From positions 16,918 to 80,917 of IMG/VR virus record IMGVR_UViG_3300033153_008183: a stretch of 64,000 bases of DNA; one strand, given 5' to 3'. This document shows, in pieces, positions 55,761 to 64,000 of the stretch. The notes under the pieces were generated by a model that was not told the origin of the DNA, made no database searches, and worked only from the letters and a program-made list of their open reading frames with translations. Made by a program: the position numbers and the translations under genes. Source of the DNA: a virus. How positions within the stretch are numbered: position 1 is the first letter of the stretch; each line of letters begins with the position of its first letter.

Positions 55761-56225
55761 ATGATGAAAAAGAAAATTTTAATTATTTTATTCACTTGTA
55801 TTTTAATAGGAATTTTAACAGCTGAAGGTTTAGATAAATGGGGAACTACTATACATAATCAAGTGCCAAATGCTTATGCTGTAATTAAAGAAGCTGCTAT
55901 TGCTAAATGGGAAGGTAATCACACAATGATTTTATTTGAAATAAATCAGCAATCAAAAGCAGCAATAGCTTCTGTGAACACAATAATTGCATTTATTAAA
56001 ACAACTTCTGGTAATACTACAGCTGTAATAGGGTCTAAAGAATTCAATATTTTTAAAGCTGCTGTAGATAAATGGTCTTTTCCAGGTAAATCACATCAGA
56101 ACATGTTAATTCTGGATGATTGGATGTATGGTGGAGATATTTTTCCTGTGTATGCAATGTATGTGAATTGGACAATGGTAGAGTTTGAGTATGTGAATCA
56201 AACAAAAGCTTTAAATAGTTATTGA
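55761..56225 (+). CDS. Exported protein with signal peptide and internal duplication
   Basis: MKKKILIILFTCILIGILTA; KW...TM..FE..Q.KA twice. Confidence 0.65.
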   Translation: MMKKKILIILFTCILIGILTAEGLDKWGTTIHNQVPNAYAVIKEAAIAKWEGNHTMILFEINQQSKAAIASVNTIIAFIKTTSGNTTAVIGSKEFNIFKAAVDKWSFPGKSHQNMLILDDWMYGGDIFPVYAMYVNWTMVEFEYVNQTKALNSY

Positions 56226-56237
56226 TTTATTTAATAC

Positions 56238-56266
56238 TTGATGTTTCAACTCGTCTGTGTTATATT
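56238..56266 (+). promoter_or_regulatory. Extended -10 sigma70-type promoter of initiator operon
   Basis: TTGATG-17-TATATT with TGn before -10. Confidence 0.55.
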
Positions 56267-56324
56267 TGAAGAATAAGCAAAATAAGCTTATACCATAGAG
56301 TACCTTTACCGAACCAAAGGTATT

Positions 56325-56448
56325 AGAAAAATAAGAGCGTTGTGTTAAGTGGGGGGTGTAAAAACCCGGTTCGGCCCACTTAACAGAGAAAAATAAGAGC
56401 GTTGTGTTAAGTGGGGGGTGTAAAAACCCGGTTCGGCCCACTTAACAG
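56325..56448 (+). repeat. Exact 62-bp tandem duplication of a hairpin/junction element
   Basis: agaaaaataagagcgttgtgttaagtggggggtgtaaaaacccggttcggcccacttaacag x2. Confidence 0.95.
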
Positions 56449-56475
56449 AACGCTTTTTTATGTCCTGGGGGCAAT

Positions 56476-56748
56476 ATGAGTAGAGAAGATGTTATAATTT
56501 CACAGAGAGTTCAACCATTTGTGTCTATTGATCATAAGGTTCTTGAAGAATGCCGGAAAAGAGGTCCAGCTACTCCAAACATGCTTCTTACTTATTTTGT
56601 CCTGCAGGAGATGGATTCTAAAAATGAATGGTTTGATGATGTAACTGCAGAACTTAAGCTGGCTGAACTATCAGGTTTAGATCACCCTACTGTATCAAAG
56701 ATACTTAATGAGTTTGACTTAATGGGGGTCTTCAATGAAGAAGGTTAA
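56476..56748 (+). CDS. Small wHTH-like protein
   Basis: LLTYFVL...LAELSGLDHPTVSKILNEFDLMG. Confidence 0.6.
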   Translation: MSREDVIISQRVQPFVSIDHKVLEECRKRGPATPNMLLTYFVLQEMDSKNEWFDDVTAELKLAELSGLDHPTVSKILNEFDLMGVFNEEG

Positions 56749-58273
56749 AAGAGATCCAAAGAAACAACCTTTTGCCTGGCAGGAAAAACACATTTTAAGA
56801 TTGATACAAAAAACATTCGAAGGAACTGAGTTATCCCGGTATTTATTATTGTATCAGACACTCACACACCTCTACAGCGACTTTAATGGTACCCCTATCA
56901 AATACTTCACAAAAGTTATTCACACGTACTCAGGGCTCTCCATGAGATTTATCCCTGAAGGCATTAGAACATTTCAGGAATTCGGAATTGTAAAGATAAC
57001 CGGATTAAAAGAAGACCATACTTTTATCACTAAAGTATTAACATTTACCCCTGAGAATATACCGGAAAGTACAGAATCATTTCTTAATGCCGAAACCAAC
57101 AATTGTAACAAATCAACAATTGTTAAAAAGGCTGCACTTATAGAACATAGTCTAAGAAAAGAATCAGTAGATTCTTTACCATCTTCTTCGAAGAACGGGA
57201 AAAAACCAAAAAGAAAAGTTTCTTCCTCGGTAAGAATGGATAAAGCTCCCGATGATATAGCTACAAACTTTCTGACCGGCTCTTCGAGAAAATCTCAGCT
57301 TTTTGATAAAGTAGTATCTGTTGCGAAAGAAGTTAATGCTCAATGTAAACATCCCGCTTTTTCAATTCCACAATCCCCGGATACTAAATATTTGAAGACC
57401 CTAGCAAAACAAATTAAATTATTGCAGGCCGGAAAATTTATTTCCAACCATACCTGGATGCCATTTTTTGATAGGGAAAAGTTTCCCGGTGATGATTTAA
57501 AGGGAGCTTCTGATGAAGAAGTTTGGGAAATGATTGAATTTTCTATAACAAAATATATTCGGGTTAGAGAGAATGGTAAATATTTATTTTATGGAAATCG
57601 AAATGCAATAATAAACATATCTGAGTTTATGTATATTTCTTATCAGGCTTTGAGACCTCCTGAACCTGGAGTAAGAACTCCGGATGGTTACAGTTGGTTT
57701 TGGCAGTATCTTCTACCATTGAGAAAATCTTCTCAATCTACAATAGAATTTGATGCCAGGATTAAAGAACTTTATAAAAAATCAAGTACCGTATTAGGAA
57801 AAGAAATCTATAATGATTATGAGACTCTAGCACTTTCTGAGAAAATTAGATTTTGTAAAAGTCTTATTGCTATGGGAAAATATTACCAGAGTAACCAGAA
57901 AGTACTTCTTAAAAATAATGCAGAAGCTGTTCTGGTAATTCCTAATTTGAAAAAGTTATTTAAGTTTTATGCGAAGTGGATTAAACGGTCTGGCTTTAAA
58001 CATGTCCCCGGGGTATATCCGGGAGAAGATGGACGCTGGATTGATTTTGTTAATTGGTTGAAGAAAGATTATGGAGTGGATCTTGAAGCTATCCATAAAT
58101 CTAAACCAAAGAAAAAGAAAGAAACATATGTGGAGCCGGAAATGTCTGAAGAAGAAGCTTATGAAAGATCGATACTCGGAGTTCTTTACGATGTTTTAGA
58201 TCCGGATGAAAGATTACATAAACTTAAGTTGTGGTTTAGAGCACAACACCAGGAAAAAATGGAGAGTATTTAA
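56735..58273 (+). CDS. Replication initiator-like protein (N-terminal wHTH, origin-like linker)
   Basis: PFAW..K, LYQTL, YSGLS...GI..FQEFGIV; linker holds CAACAATTGT repeats; lies among primase and helicase genes. Confidence 0.6.
   Translation: MKKVKRDPKKQPFAWQEKHILRLIQKTFEGTELSRYLLLYQTLTHLYSDFNGTPIKYFTKVIHTYSGLSMRFIPEGIRTFQEFGIVKITGLKEDHTFITKVLTFTPENIPESTESFLNAETNNCNKSTIVKKAALIEHSLRKESVDSLPSSSKNGKKPKRKVSSSVRMDKAPDDIATNFLTGSSRKSQLFDKVVSVAKEVNAQCKHPAFSIPQSPDTKYLKTLAKQIKLLQAGKFISNHTWMPFFDREKFPGDDLKGASDEEVWEMIEFSITKYIRVRENGKYLFYGNRNAIINISEFMYISYQALRPPEPGVRTPDGYSWFWQYLLPLRKSSQSTIEFDARIKELYKKSSTVLGKEIYNDYETLALSEKIRFCKSLIAMGKYYQSNQKVLLKNNAEAVLVIPNLKKLFKFYAKWIKRSGFKHVPGVYPGEDGRWIDFVNWLKKDYGVDLEAIHKSKPKKKKETYVEPEMSEEEAYERSILGVLYDVLDPDERLHKLKLWFRAQHQEKMESI
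57093..57240 (+). other. Candidate replication origin inside initiator gene
   Basis: CAACAATTGT at 57097 and 57114 followed by AT-rich stretch; conserved as non-coding copy at 39.5 kb. Confidence 0.55.
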
Positions 58274-58431
58274 TGGGTAAATTATCAGAAGAAGTAAAAG
58301 CAGCAAGAGCTAAAGAAAGAGCTGAGAAAAGAGCAGCTAAACAGAAAAGAGAAAGAAAAATTAAGTCTACTATTAAAGTTCAAAAATTAAAAAGAAAATT
58401 AAGATTAAGATTAAGAAGAAGGAAAAAATAG
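58273..58431 (+). CDS. 52-aa extremely basic protein (not in ORF track)
   Basis: MGKLSEEVKAARAKERAEKR...KRKLRLRLRRRKK; TAATG coupling. Confidence 0.55.
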   Translation: MGKLSEEVKAARAKERAEKRAAKQKRERKIKSTIKVQKLKRKLRLRLRRRKK

Positions 58432-58527
58432 TGTTTAATATAATTGGTATTACACTCACAGTGGTTGTTGTTATTTTAAGTTTAATTTCAAATGAAGAAC
58501 ATTACAAAAAGGAAAAAAAAGAAAAAC

Positions 58528-60141
58528 ATGAGAGTTGATGTTACTGATACTCATTTGGAGATCCGATTTAAATACCATCCTCGAATGATAGAAAAAATTA
58601 AAAAGATTAAAGGTCTTTGGTTTAATGGAAACAAAGGTGACAAACACTGGCGTGGTCCCATTAAACCTTCTATCATTATGACTTTGGATGAATTGGGTTT
58701 TGAAATTTATGGTTACGGTGAAGATCCTCCGGAAACCAGAGTAAAAGCTTTTTATGAAAATCCTCCCTGGAAAGATATCAAAGTAAACAATACAAATGAT
58801 CTTTGGCCTTTTCAAATTGAAACATTACAATTTCTTTATTGGAAAAAAGGAAGGGGGCTTGTGGGACATTCTCCAGGATTAGGCAAAACAAGAATTGGTA
58901 TGGCATGGGTCAGAGAAGATCCTGTAGAACATGGTCCAGCTCTTATTGTTTGTCCTGTCAGTGTTAAATACCAATGGGAAACTTTCTGGGAGAATTGGAT
59001 TGGATCTCCTGTCACAGTTTTGGAAACTACAGTTCCATATAAAATTCCAAAAGATATAACAGTTGTTATTAACTGGGATATTTTAAAGAACTGGTATAAA
59101 TATTTATTGAGTCGTAATTTTAAAACTCTGATTGGAGATGAAAGTCAAGCTCTTGGCAGTTTGTATACTGCCAGGACTATTGCTTTTAGAACTCTCAGTA
59201 AAGAAATATCTAATGTGATCCCCATGTCCGGAAGTCCTATCCGGTCTAAGCGAAGTCAGATATTTCCAACACTTAATATTTTAGATCCTGAAACTTATGA
59301 ATCTCCCACAGCATTTGAAAAAAGATATTGTGAAACAATGCCTACTGAATTTGGAAGTATTGAAGTTGCCTGCGATAAACACACATCTGAATTATATGAA
59401 ATTATGACTCAAGTAATGTTTAGAAAAGAGAAGAGAGATGTTATGAGAGATCTCCCTCCTCTTCTCCCCATCACAGTAGTTCCCATGCCTGTTTCAGAAA
59501 TTGATTATTTTGAAATGGAAGATGAAGCTATTGCAGAAATGGAAGCAGCTCAAAATAAATCTGAAATAGATATTGCATTGGAGAAATTATTCTGGTCCGT
59601 ATTTAATCTGAAAAAAGATATGGTTGTAGACTGGATAAAAGATTTCCTGGAATCAGATAGGAAGTTAATAGTTTTCTGTTACCACAGAGATGTAATTAAA
59701 TATCTTCGAAAACAATTTCCCCGGATTTCTGTACACATTGATGGAAGTGTATCTGCTGTCCAGCGTGTAAAAGTTAAACAGGATTTTCTAGGTAAACGTC
59801 AATTACTAATTATGCAAATATTATCTGCAGTAGGAACAGATGGGCTGCAGACAGTGTGTTCAGATATAGCGGCAGTAGAACTTCCCTGGGCCTTTACAGA
59901 CATGGATCAGGGAATTGGTAGATTGGATCGTCCCGGACAAACGGAACCTGTGAATGTCAGCTATTTACTTTCTCCAGGAACTACAGATGATTATATTCAC
60001 AGAACTTTAAAACGATCTGAAAAAACTTTTAGAGATATGATTGAAGGTAAATCTACTAAAGAATTTAATGCTCGTGGTAATTTTTTGAAATTATTAAAAA
60101 AGAAACATGAAGCCAGGAGGGAATTGAGAAATGTTAAATAA
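58528..60141 (+). CDS. SNF2-family (HARP-like) helicase
   Basis: PFQ, GLGKT, IVCP, DESQ, SGSP, QGIGRLDRPGQ. Confidence 0.88.
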   Translation: MRVDVTDTHLEIRFKYHPRMIEKIKKIKGLWFNGNKGDKHWRGPIKPSIIMTLDELGFEIYGYGEDPPETRVKAFYENPPWKDIKVNNTNDLWPFQIETLQFLYWKKGRGLVGHSPGLGKTRIGMAWVREDPVEHGPALIVCPVSVKYQWETFWENWIGSPVTVLETTVPYKIPKDITVVINWDILKNWYKYLLSRNFKTLIGDESQALGSLYTARTIAFRTLSKEISNVIPMSGSPIRSKRSQIFPTLNILDPETYESPTAFEKRYCETMPTEFGSIEVACDKHTSELYEIMTQVMFRKEKRDVMRDLPPLLPITVVPMPVSEIDYFEMEDEAIAEMEAAQNKSEIDIALEKLFWSVFNLKKDMVVDWIKDFLESDRKLIVFCYHRDVIKYLRKQFPRISVHIDGSVSAVQRVKVKQDFLGKRQLLIMQILSAVGTDGLQTVCSDIAAVELPWAFTDMDQGIGRLDRPGQTEPVNVSYLLSPGTTDDYIHRTLKRSEKTFRDMIEGKSTKEFNARGNFLKLLKKKHEARRELRNVK

Positions 60142-60610
60142 AATAAAAGAAGAATTTGAGAAATGGTACTTAGAGGAAATGCCAAAAGTAAGGCAAGGAT
60201 TAAGACAGGAAAATGATCCTGTTAAGGATCTTGCATGGGCTATATGGCAATCTCGTGATAAAGAAATAACAGAGCTTAAAAATGAACTTACAGATAGAAA
60301 ACAAGAATGTATTGGATACCAAGGCGAAATGATAAAACTAACATTACAAGATGCGCAGGCCCCTATTTTAAATACATTAGATAGAGATAACATTGCAAAA
60401 ACATATTACCAAAAAGGAAAAGAATCCCGTGATGAAGAAATAAAGAAACTAAGAGAGGGTTTAACAAAAATAAATACACTAATAAAAATGGCTGATATGA
60501 AAGCTATTGTAACAAATCATATAACAAAAAAACAGATGCTTGAACTACTTCTTAAAGTTGATAAGATTGTTTCGGAAACCTTAAGGAGATTAAATAAATG
60601 CCTGAAATAA
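60131..60610 (+). CDS. Coiled-coil hypothetical protein
   Basis: EEFEKW...AW.IWQ; internal SRDxEIxxL repeat. Confidence 0.6.
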   Translation: MLNKIKEEFEKWYLEEMPKVRQGLRQENDPVKDLAWAIWQSRDKEITELKNELTDRKQECIGYQGEMIKLTLQDAQAPILNTLDRDNIAKTYYQKGKESRDEEIKKLREGLTKINTLIKMADMKAIVTNHITKKQMLELLLKVDKIVSETLRRLNKCLK

Positions 60611-60822
60611 GAACAGTAGTATTGCAAGATGGTGAAGAGATATACACCGAAGCCGAGCTAAAAGAAGCAGTTGACCAGGCTTGTGGGGAATACGTAAATA
60701 CTAAACTCTATCAAGAAGGTTATAGAGCAGGAGTAAAGGCAGAAAGAGAGGCTTGTACAATTGAAGCAGATAATTGGGATACATGTGCAAGCGAAGCCAT
60801 AAGAAAAAGAGGTAAAGAATGA
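60598..60822 (+). CDS. Hypothetical protein
   Basis: AEREAC...A.AIR.RG motif; RBS aaggag. Confidence 0.6.
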   Translation: MPEIRTVVLQDGEEIYTEAELKEAVDQACGEYVNTKLYQEGYRAGVKAEREACTIEADNWDTCASEAIRKRGKE

Positions 60823-61007
60823 GAGATAAATGTGATTGGGAACCACAGGGGAATGGTCATTTTTTAACATCATGTGGGGAATTGTATTTCGATAGAAAGT
60901 TTAGTCCAACAAGAGATAAGGTGTGTAGATTATGTGGTAAGCCTTTTACAGAAGCTACTTATATAAACAAAAGTGAAAATATACCTAATGCCAAAGGCAT
61001 AATATAA
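60819..61007 (+). CDS. Small Zn-ribbon protein
   Basis: C.W...TSCG...CRLCGK. Confidence 0.6.
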   Translation: MRDKCDWEPQGNGHFLTSCGELYFDRKFSPTRDKVCRLCGKPFTEATYINKSENIPNAKGII

Positions 61008-61020
61008 AAAGAGGTAAAGA

Positions 61021-61353
61021 ATGAATATAGACTTTATAAAATGGTTAGTAGATTATGCCGAAGGGTTTTCTTTAAAAAGAATAAATGAAGAAGATGGTGT
61101 TGATTATATAGGTTTTACAGTGCCTTTTTATTTAGTTTTAAATGCGTGGGTATTTGATCCGTTACTTCTCCAGAGGGCAGTAATCGGCATAAATAAAGAT
61201 GAAGAAAGTAATTACGATATAACTATGTATCCTGATAGTCTCGAAATTGGAGCATATCATGATGGCTCAAAAGACAAAACTTATGAAGATGTTGATGATT
61301 ATGAAAAAGGTATTGAACAAGCCCTTAAATACATATGGGAGCAAGAGAAATGA
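61021..61353 (+). CDS. Hypothetical protein
   Basis: RBS gagg; 110 aa. Confidence 0.6.
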   Translation: MNIDFIKWLVDYAEGFSLKRINEEDGVDYIGFTVPFYLVLNAWVFDPLLLQRAVIGINKDEESNYDITMYPDSLEIGAYHDGSKDKTYEDVDDYEKGIEQALKYIWEQEK

Positions 61354-61544
61354 ATATAATTGAAGGTATACAATCAGAATGCAGTAGATGTAGAGAGCTA
61401 AAAAAAGAATATGACTTAATCCCTATGGGCGGTTTTGGAGCTTCATTTATTCAAGCGGCTATAGATGAAGGTGAAAATTCTATTGCATCCGGTGATGTTG
61501 TTAGGATGTTGTCTGCATACAAAGAATTAGAATCTTGTGAATAA
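61350..61544 (+). CDS. Hypothetical protein
   Basis: R.REL...Y..IP.G.FGA..I motif; ATGA overlap. Confidence 0.6.
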   Translation: MNIIEGIQSECSRCRELKKEYDLIPMGGFGASFIQAAIDEGENSIASGDVVRMLSAYKELESCE

Positions 61545-61556
61545 GGATGTAGAAAA

Positions 61557-61820
61557 ATGAATATTAAACCTATAGAAAGTTTTCATTTAATGGATGGTCA
61601 TGAAAATGGTGTAGAGGCTTGTGAAGTTGAAGAAGTCAGAGAGCTTGAAGCTAACTACAAAGAAGTCCTTGAAACTTTTATATTTGATATCCAATGGCAA
61701 ATAACAGAGAAAATAACTGAACTAAAGATTGATATAGAATCTGCGACATTTTTATATGAAGATCAAATCGGCATAATAGAAAAGGCAACAGGCCTTTCAT
61801 GGCAGGAGCTTATAAAATGA
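61557..61820 (+). CDS. Hypothetical protein
   Basis: C-terminal IEKATG.SW. Confidence 0.55.
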   Translation: MNIKPIESFHLMDGHENGVEACEVEEVRELEANYKEVLETFIFDIQWQITEKITELKIDIESATFLYEDQIGIIEKATGLSWQELIK

Positions 61821-61833
61821 AACAGGAAGTGAA

Positions 61834-62076
61834 ATGAAAATTAAAAGGATACTTATTCCTTGTCCAGTAGATCCTTATTGTAGAAATTGGGACCAGCATA
61901 ATGAATATTGTCCTGAAGGTGGCTGCAGGGAATCAGGATATAGAACTATTACAAAAGCTGATGTTTCTTTTTATACAAATAAAAGAATTATGGAAAGTGA
62001 ACTTAGAATACTTCAAACAAAAGAAAGAGAAGATATGAATAAATTTGCTCTGGACACGGTGGATTATAATGAGTAG
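61834..62076 (+). CDS. Hypothetical protein
   Basis: Four N-terminal Cys; operon context. Confidence 0.5.
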   Translation: MKIKRILIPCPVDPYCRNWDQHNEYCPEGGCRESGYRTITKADVSFYTNKRIMESELRILQTKEREDMNKFALDTVDYNE

Positions 62077-62103
62077 AAAAAGAATTAGAGAAGGAGTGAA
62101 TGA

Positions 62104-62307
62104 ATGAAAACGTATTGCAATGAATGTAAACATGTTATTCAGCAAGGTACTGTTAAAGGTGGAGGCTGGCTATGTGAAGACACAGGTATTAAAGACACGT
62201 TAGGTATTAAAACTTATCGTTTTTGTCTCAAAGTTAATGATGATTTTAAATGCAGTCGATTTAAACCTAAGTGGTGGATTAAATTATTAAGAAGGAGAAA
62301 AAAATGA
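62104..62307 (+). CDS. Cys-rich hypothetical protein
   Basis: CNECKH...C...C..N...C..F. Confidence 0.55.
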   Translation: MKTYCNECKHVIQQGTVKGGGWLCEDTGIKDTLGIKTYRFCLKVNDDFKCSRFKPKWWIKLLRRRKK

Positions 62308-62714
62308 ATGAGTATAAATATATTTTTGCTTATTGTTTATTACCATATTGGTGTGAAAAATGTAATCAATATGAATGGATTTGGAATTCTGGAGATACTG
62401 ATCTTCTCGAAGATGTGAGATGTGTTAAATGCTCTGAAAATATGAAACTTGTATTAGAAAAGTTTCCAGCTCCTAGAATCCCAGAACTCACTCCATTAGG
62501 AATTAGATGGTTTGTAACTGAATCAAAAGAACTTTACACCAAAAGAATTAAGCAGCAAATAATTGATATGGAAGATAATTTATTCCAGGACACTACAAGA
62601 AAAATTGTAGAGAGATCTCTTATAGAAGCTTACACCCCAGATAAAGTTTATTTAGTGGATCCCCTTACACTTAATTTTGAGGAACAGATAGAAATTTTAT
62701 TAAATACTGATTAA
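62304..62714 (+). CDS. Zn-ribbon hypothetical protein
   Basis: CEKC...IWNS...CVKC. Confidence 0.55.
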   Translation: MNEYKYIFAYCLLPYWCEKCNQYEWIWNSGDTDLLEDVRCVKCSENMKLVLEKFPAPRIPELTPLGIRWFVTESKELYTKRIKQQIIDMEDNLFQDTTRKIVERSLIEAYTPDKVYLVDPLTLNFEEQIEILLNTD

Positions 62715-62734
62715 ACAAAAAGGATTGAAGCTTA

Positions 62735-64000
62735 ATGGAAATTGAAAGGGATGATCTGTCTTCATATGATCAGGAAAAAACATTCTTAGGTCAACTTATA
62801 ACTAATACTGAAATATTGAAAAGAGTTTATCCTGTATTGGATCCGGAGTTAATGTCAAATGAATATAGTCGTATTTTAACTCGTTGGATTAAAGACTATT
62901 ATACTGAAACAGAAAAAGCTCCTGGAAAAGATATAGAAAGTATTTATATAAAAAACAGAAGTCTTATCAGAGATAAAGATATCCGGAAGAATGTTTCTAC
63001 TATGCTTAAACGTCTGGCTAAAAACTGGAAAGCCTATAATACTTCTAATCCTACTTATAACGCTAAAGTAATCACTGAACATTTTCGAATGCAAAGTCTT
63101 GCTCGTTTATCTGAGAGAATACAAGAGAGTGTTGACATGGGTGATCTTTCTGAGGCAGAAGCTACAATTGCTGGATATAATAGAATTGAAATAGTAGGGA
63201 GTCAGGCTGTAGATTTATTTAAAGATTCTCATATTGTTTCTAATGCTTTCAATGATCACACAGAAATGTTGTTTCAATTACCTGGAAAACTGGGAGAAGC
63301 TTTGGGACCTTTTAATAGAGGTGAGCTCACAGGTATTGTAGCCCCCACCAAAGGTGGAAAGTCATGGTTTAAATTGTACTGTGGTCAGAGAGCTGCTTTA
63401 AGTGAACTTAAAGTTCTCATATTTAATTTTGAGATAACACAACAGATGTATTTGAGGAGAGCCTGGCAAGGACATCTGGGTTCTCATAGAGAAGGGGGAG
63501 TGATAGAACTTCCTTATCTTGATGGGAATCAGATTAAATATAAAGACAGAGTGTTATCTGCTCCTAACTATAGTAGGAGAGCTATCACAAAAGAACAGAA
63601 AACAATGAAAGCTATGCTCAATGGTGGTGGTATTAAAATTGTCACAGTTTCCAGGGGAAAAGCTACCCTCCCTAAAATGGAACAGGAACTTATAATTCAG
63701 GAGAAAGAAGGATTTATTCCAGACCTGATTATAGTAGATTATGCTGATATTCTCCGAAGTGGCAGGAAATTTAACACAGAACAAAAAGAAGAAAACTTTG
63801 TCTGGGAGTCATTAGCTGGTATGGCTGTGGAAAGAAATGCCCATATAATGACTTCTACTCAAGGTAATAGAAAATCTTTTGATGGACAGAAGTATGGTAT
63901 TGAAGGACTTGGGGGGTTCTATGATAAACTCTCACATGCAGGTAAGATCTTTGGTATAGTAGTAGGAGCTGAAGAAAGAGCCCATGGTCTCTCACGTATC
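62735..64000 (+). CDS. DnaB-like replicative helicase, truncated by window end (not in ORF track)
   Basis: Own translation: MEIERDD...RGELTGIVAPTKGGKSW...FNFE...LIIVDYAD...TQGNR. Confidence 0.88.
   Translation, partial: MEIERDDLSSYDQEKTFLGQLITNTEILKRVYPVLDPELMSNEYSRILTRWIKDYYTETEKAPGKDIESIYIKNRSLIRDKDIRKNVSTMLKRLAKNWKAYNTSNPTYNAKVITEHFRMQSLARLSERIQESVDMGDLSEAEATIAGYNRIEIVGSQAVDLFKDSHIVSNAFNDHTEMLFQLPGKLGEALGPFNRGELTGIVAPTKGGKSWFKLYCGQRAALSELKVLIFNFEITQQMYLRRAWQGHLGSHREGGVIELPYLDGNQIKYKDRVLSAPNYSRRAITKEQKTMKAMLNGGGIKIVTVSRGKATLPKMEQELIIQEKEGFIPDLIIVDYADILRSGRKFNTEQKEENFVWESLAGMAVERNAHIMTSTQGNRKSFDGQKYGIEGLGGFYDKLSHAGKIFGIVVGAEERAHGLSRI

Noticed and set aside
56325-56448. CRISPR mini-array or other guide array
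   Set aside because: Two exact adjacent copies with no spacer and no cas-like gene; treated as a tandem duplication.
1-64000. Stop-codon reassignment or integrated prophage boundaries
   Set aside because: Genes are full length and densely packed in the standard code; no integrase, att site or host genes seen.

Overview
The window is an AT-rich segment of a tailed phage genome with a contractile tail. No integrase, CRISPR array or host housekeeping operon was seen. Minus strand, 0.3-40 kb: the late region, comprising tail fibre, baseplate, tape measure, chaperone with a -1 frameshift, tube, sheath, neck, DUF2184 capsid and DUF2213 protease, then a 13-kb block of very large beta-rich/repetitive proteins headed by a SPOUT-like gene, a lysis cassette, minor head, HNH, portal and terminase. 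A mostly non-coding switch region at 39.4-44.3 kb carries DnaA boxes, hairpins, promoters and a few pre-early genes. Plus strand, 44-64 kb: early and replication genes (SSB-like, JAB/RadC, PAPS-reductase-like, C5-methylase-like, a second sigma-like gene, primase, initiator, SNF2 helicase, DnaB). SSB and RadC resemble spirochaete proteins as I recall them, so a spirochaete host is a tentative inference. The most notable unexplained signals are non-coding: (1) a ~400-nt multi-stem RNA with two pseudoknots upstream of primase, preceded by a tRNA-like/terminator switch; (2) a duplicated CI/C4-like hairpin RNA with a matching upstream target loop before the initiator operon; (3) a non-coding inverted copy of the initiator gene's internal origin-like segment at 39.5 kb; (4) a fixed-spacing 33-bp promoter motif in four copies plus two paralogous sigma-like genes; (5) covarying leader hairpins before early genes with a candidate antisense sRNA. 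All family calls come from motif recognition and all structures from manual pairing; no searches or folding programs were run.
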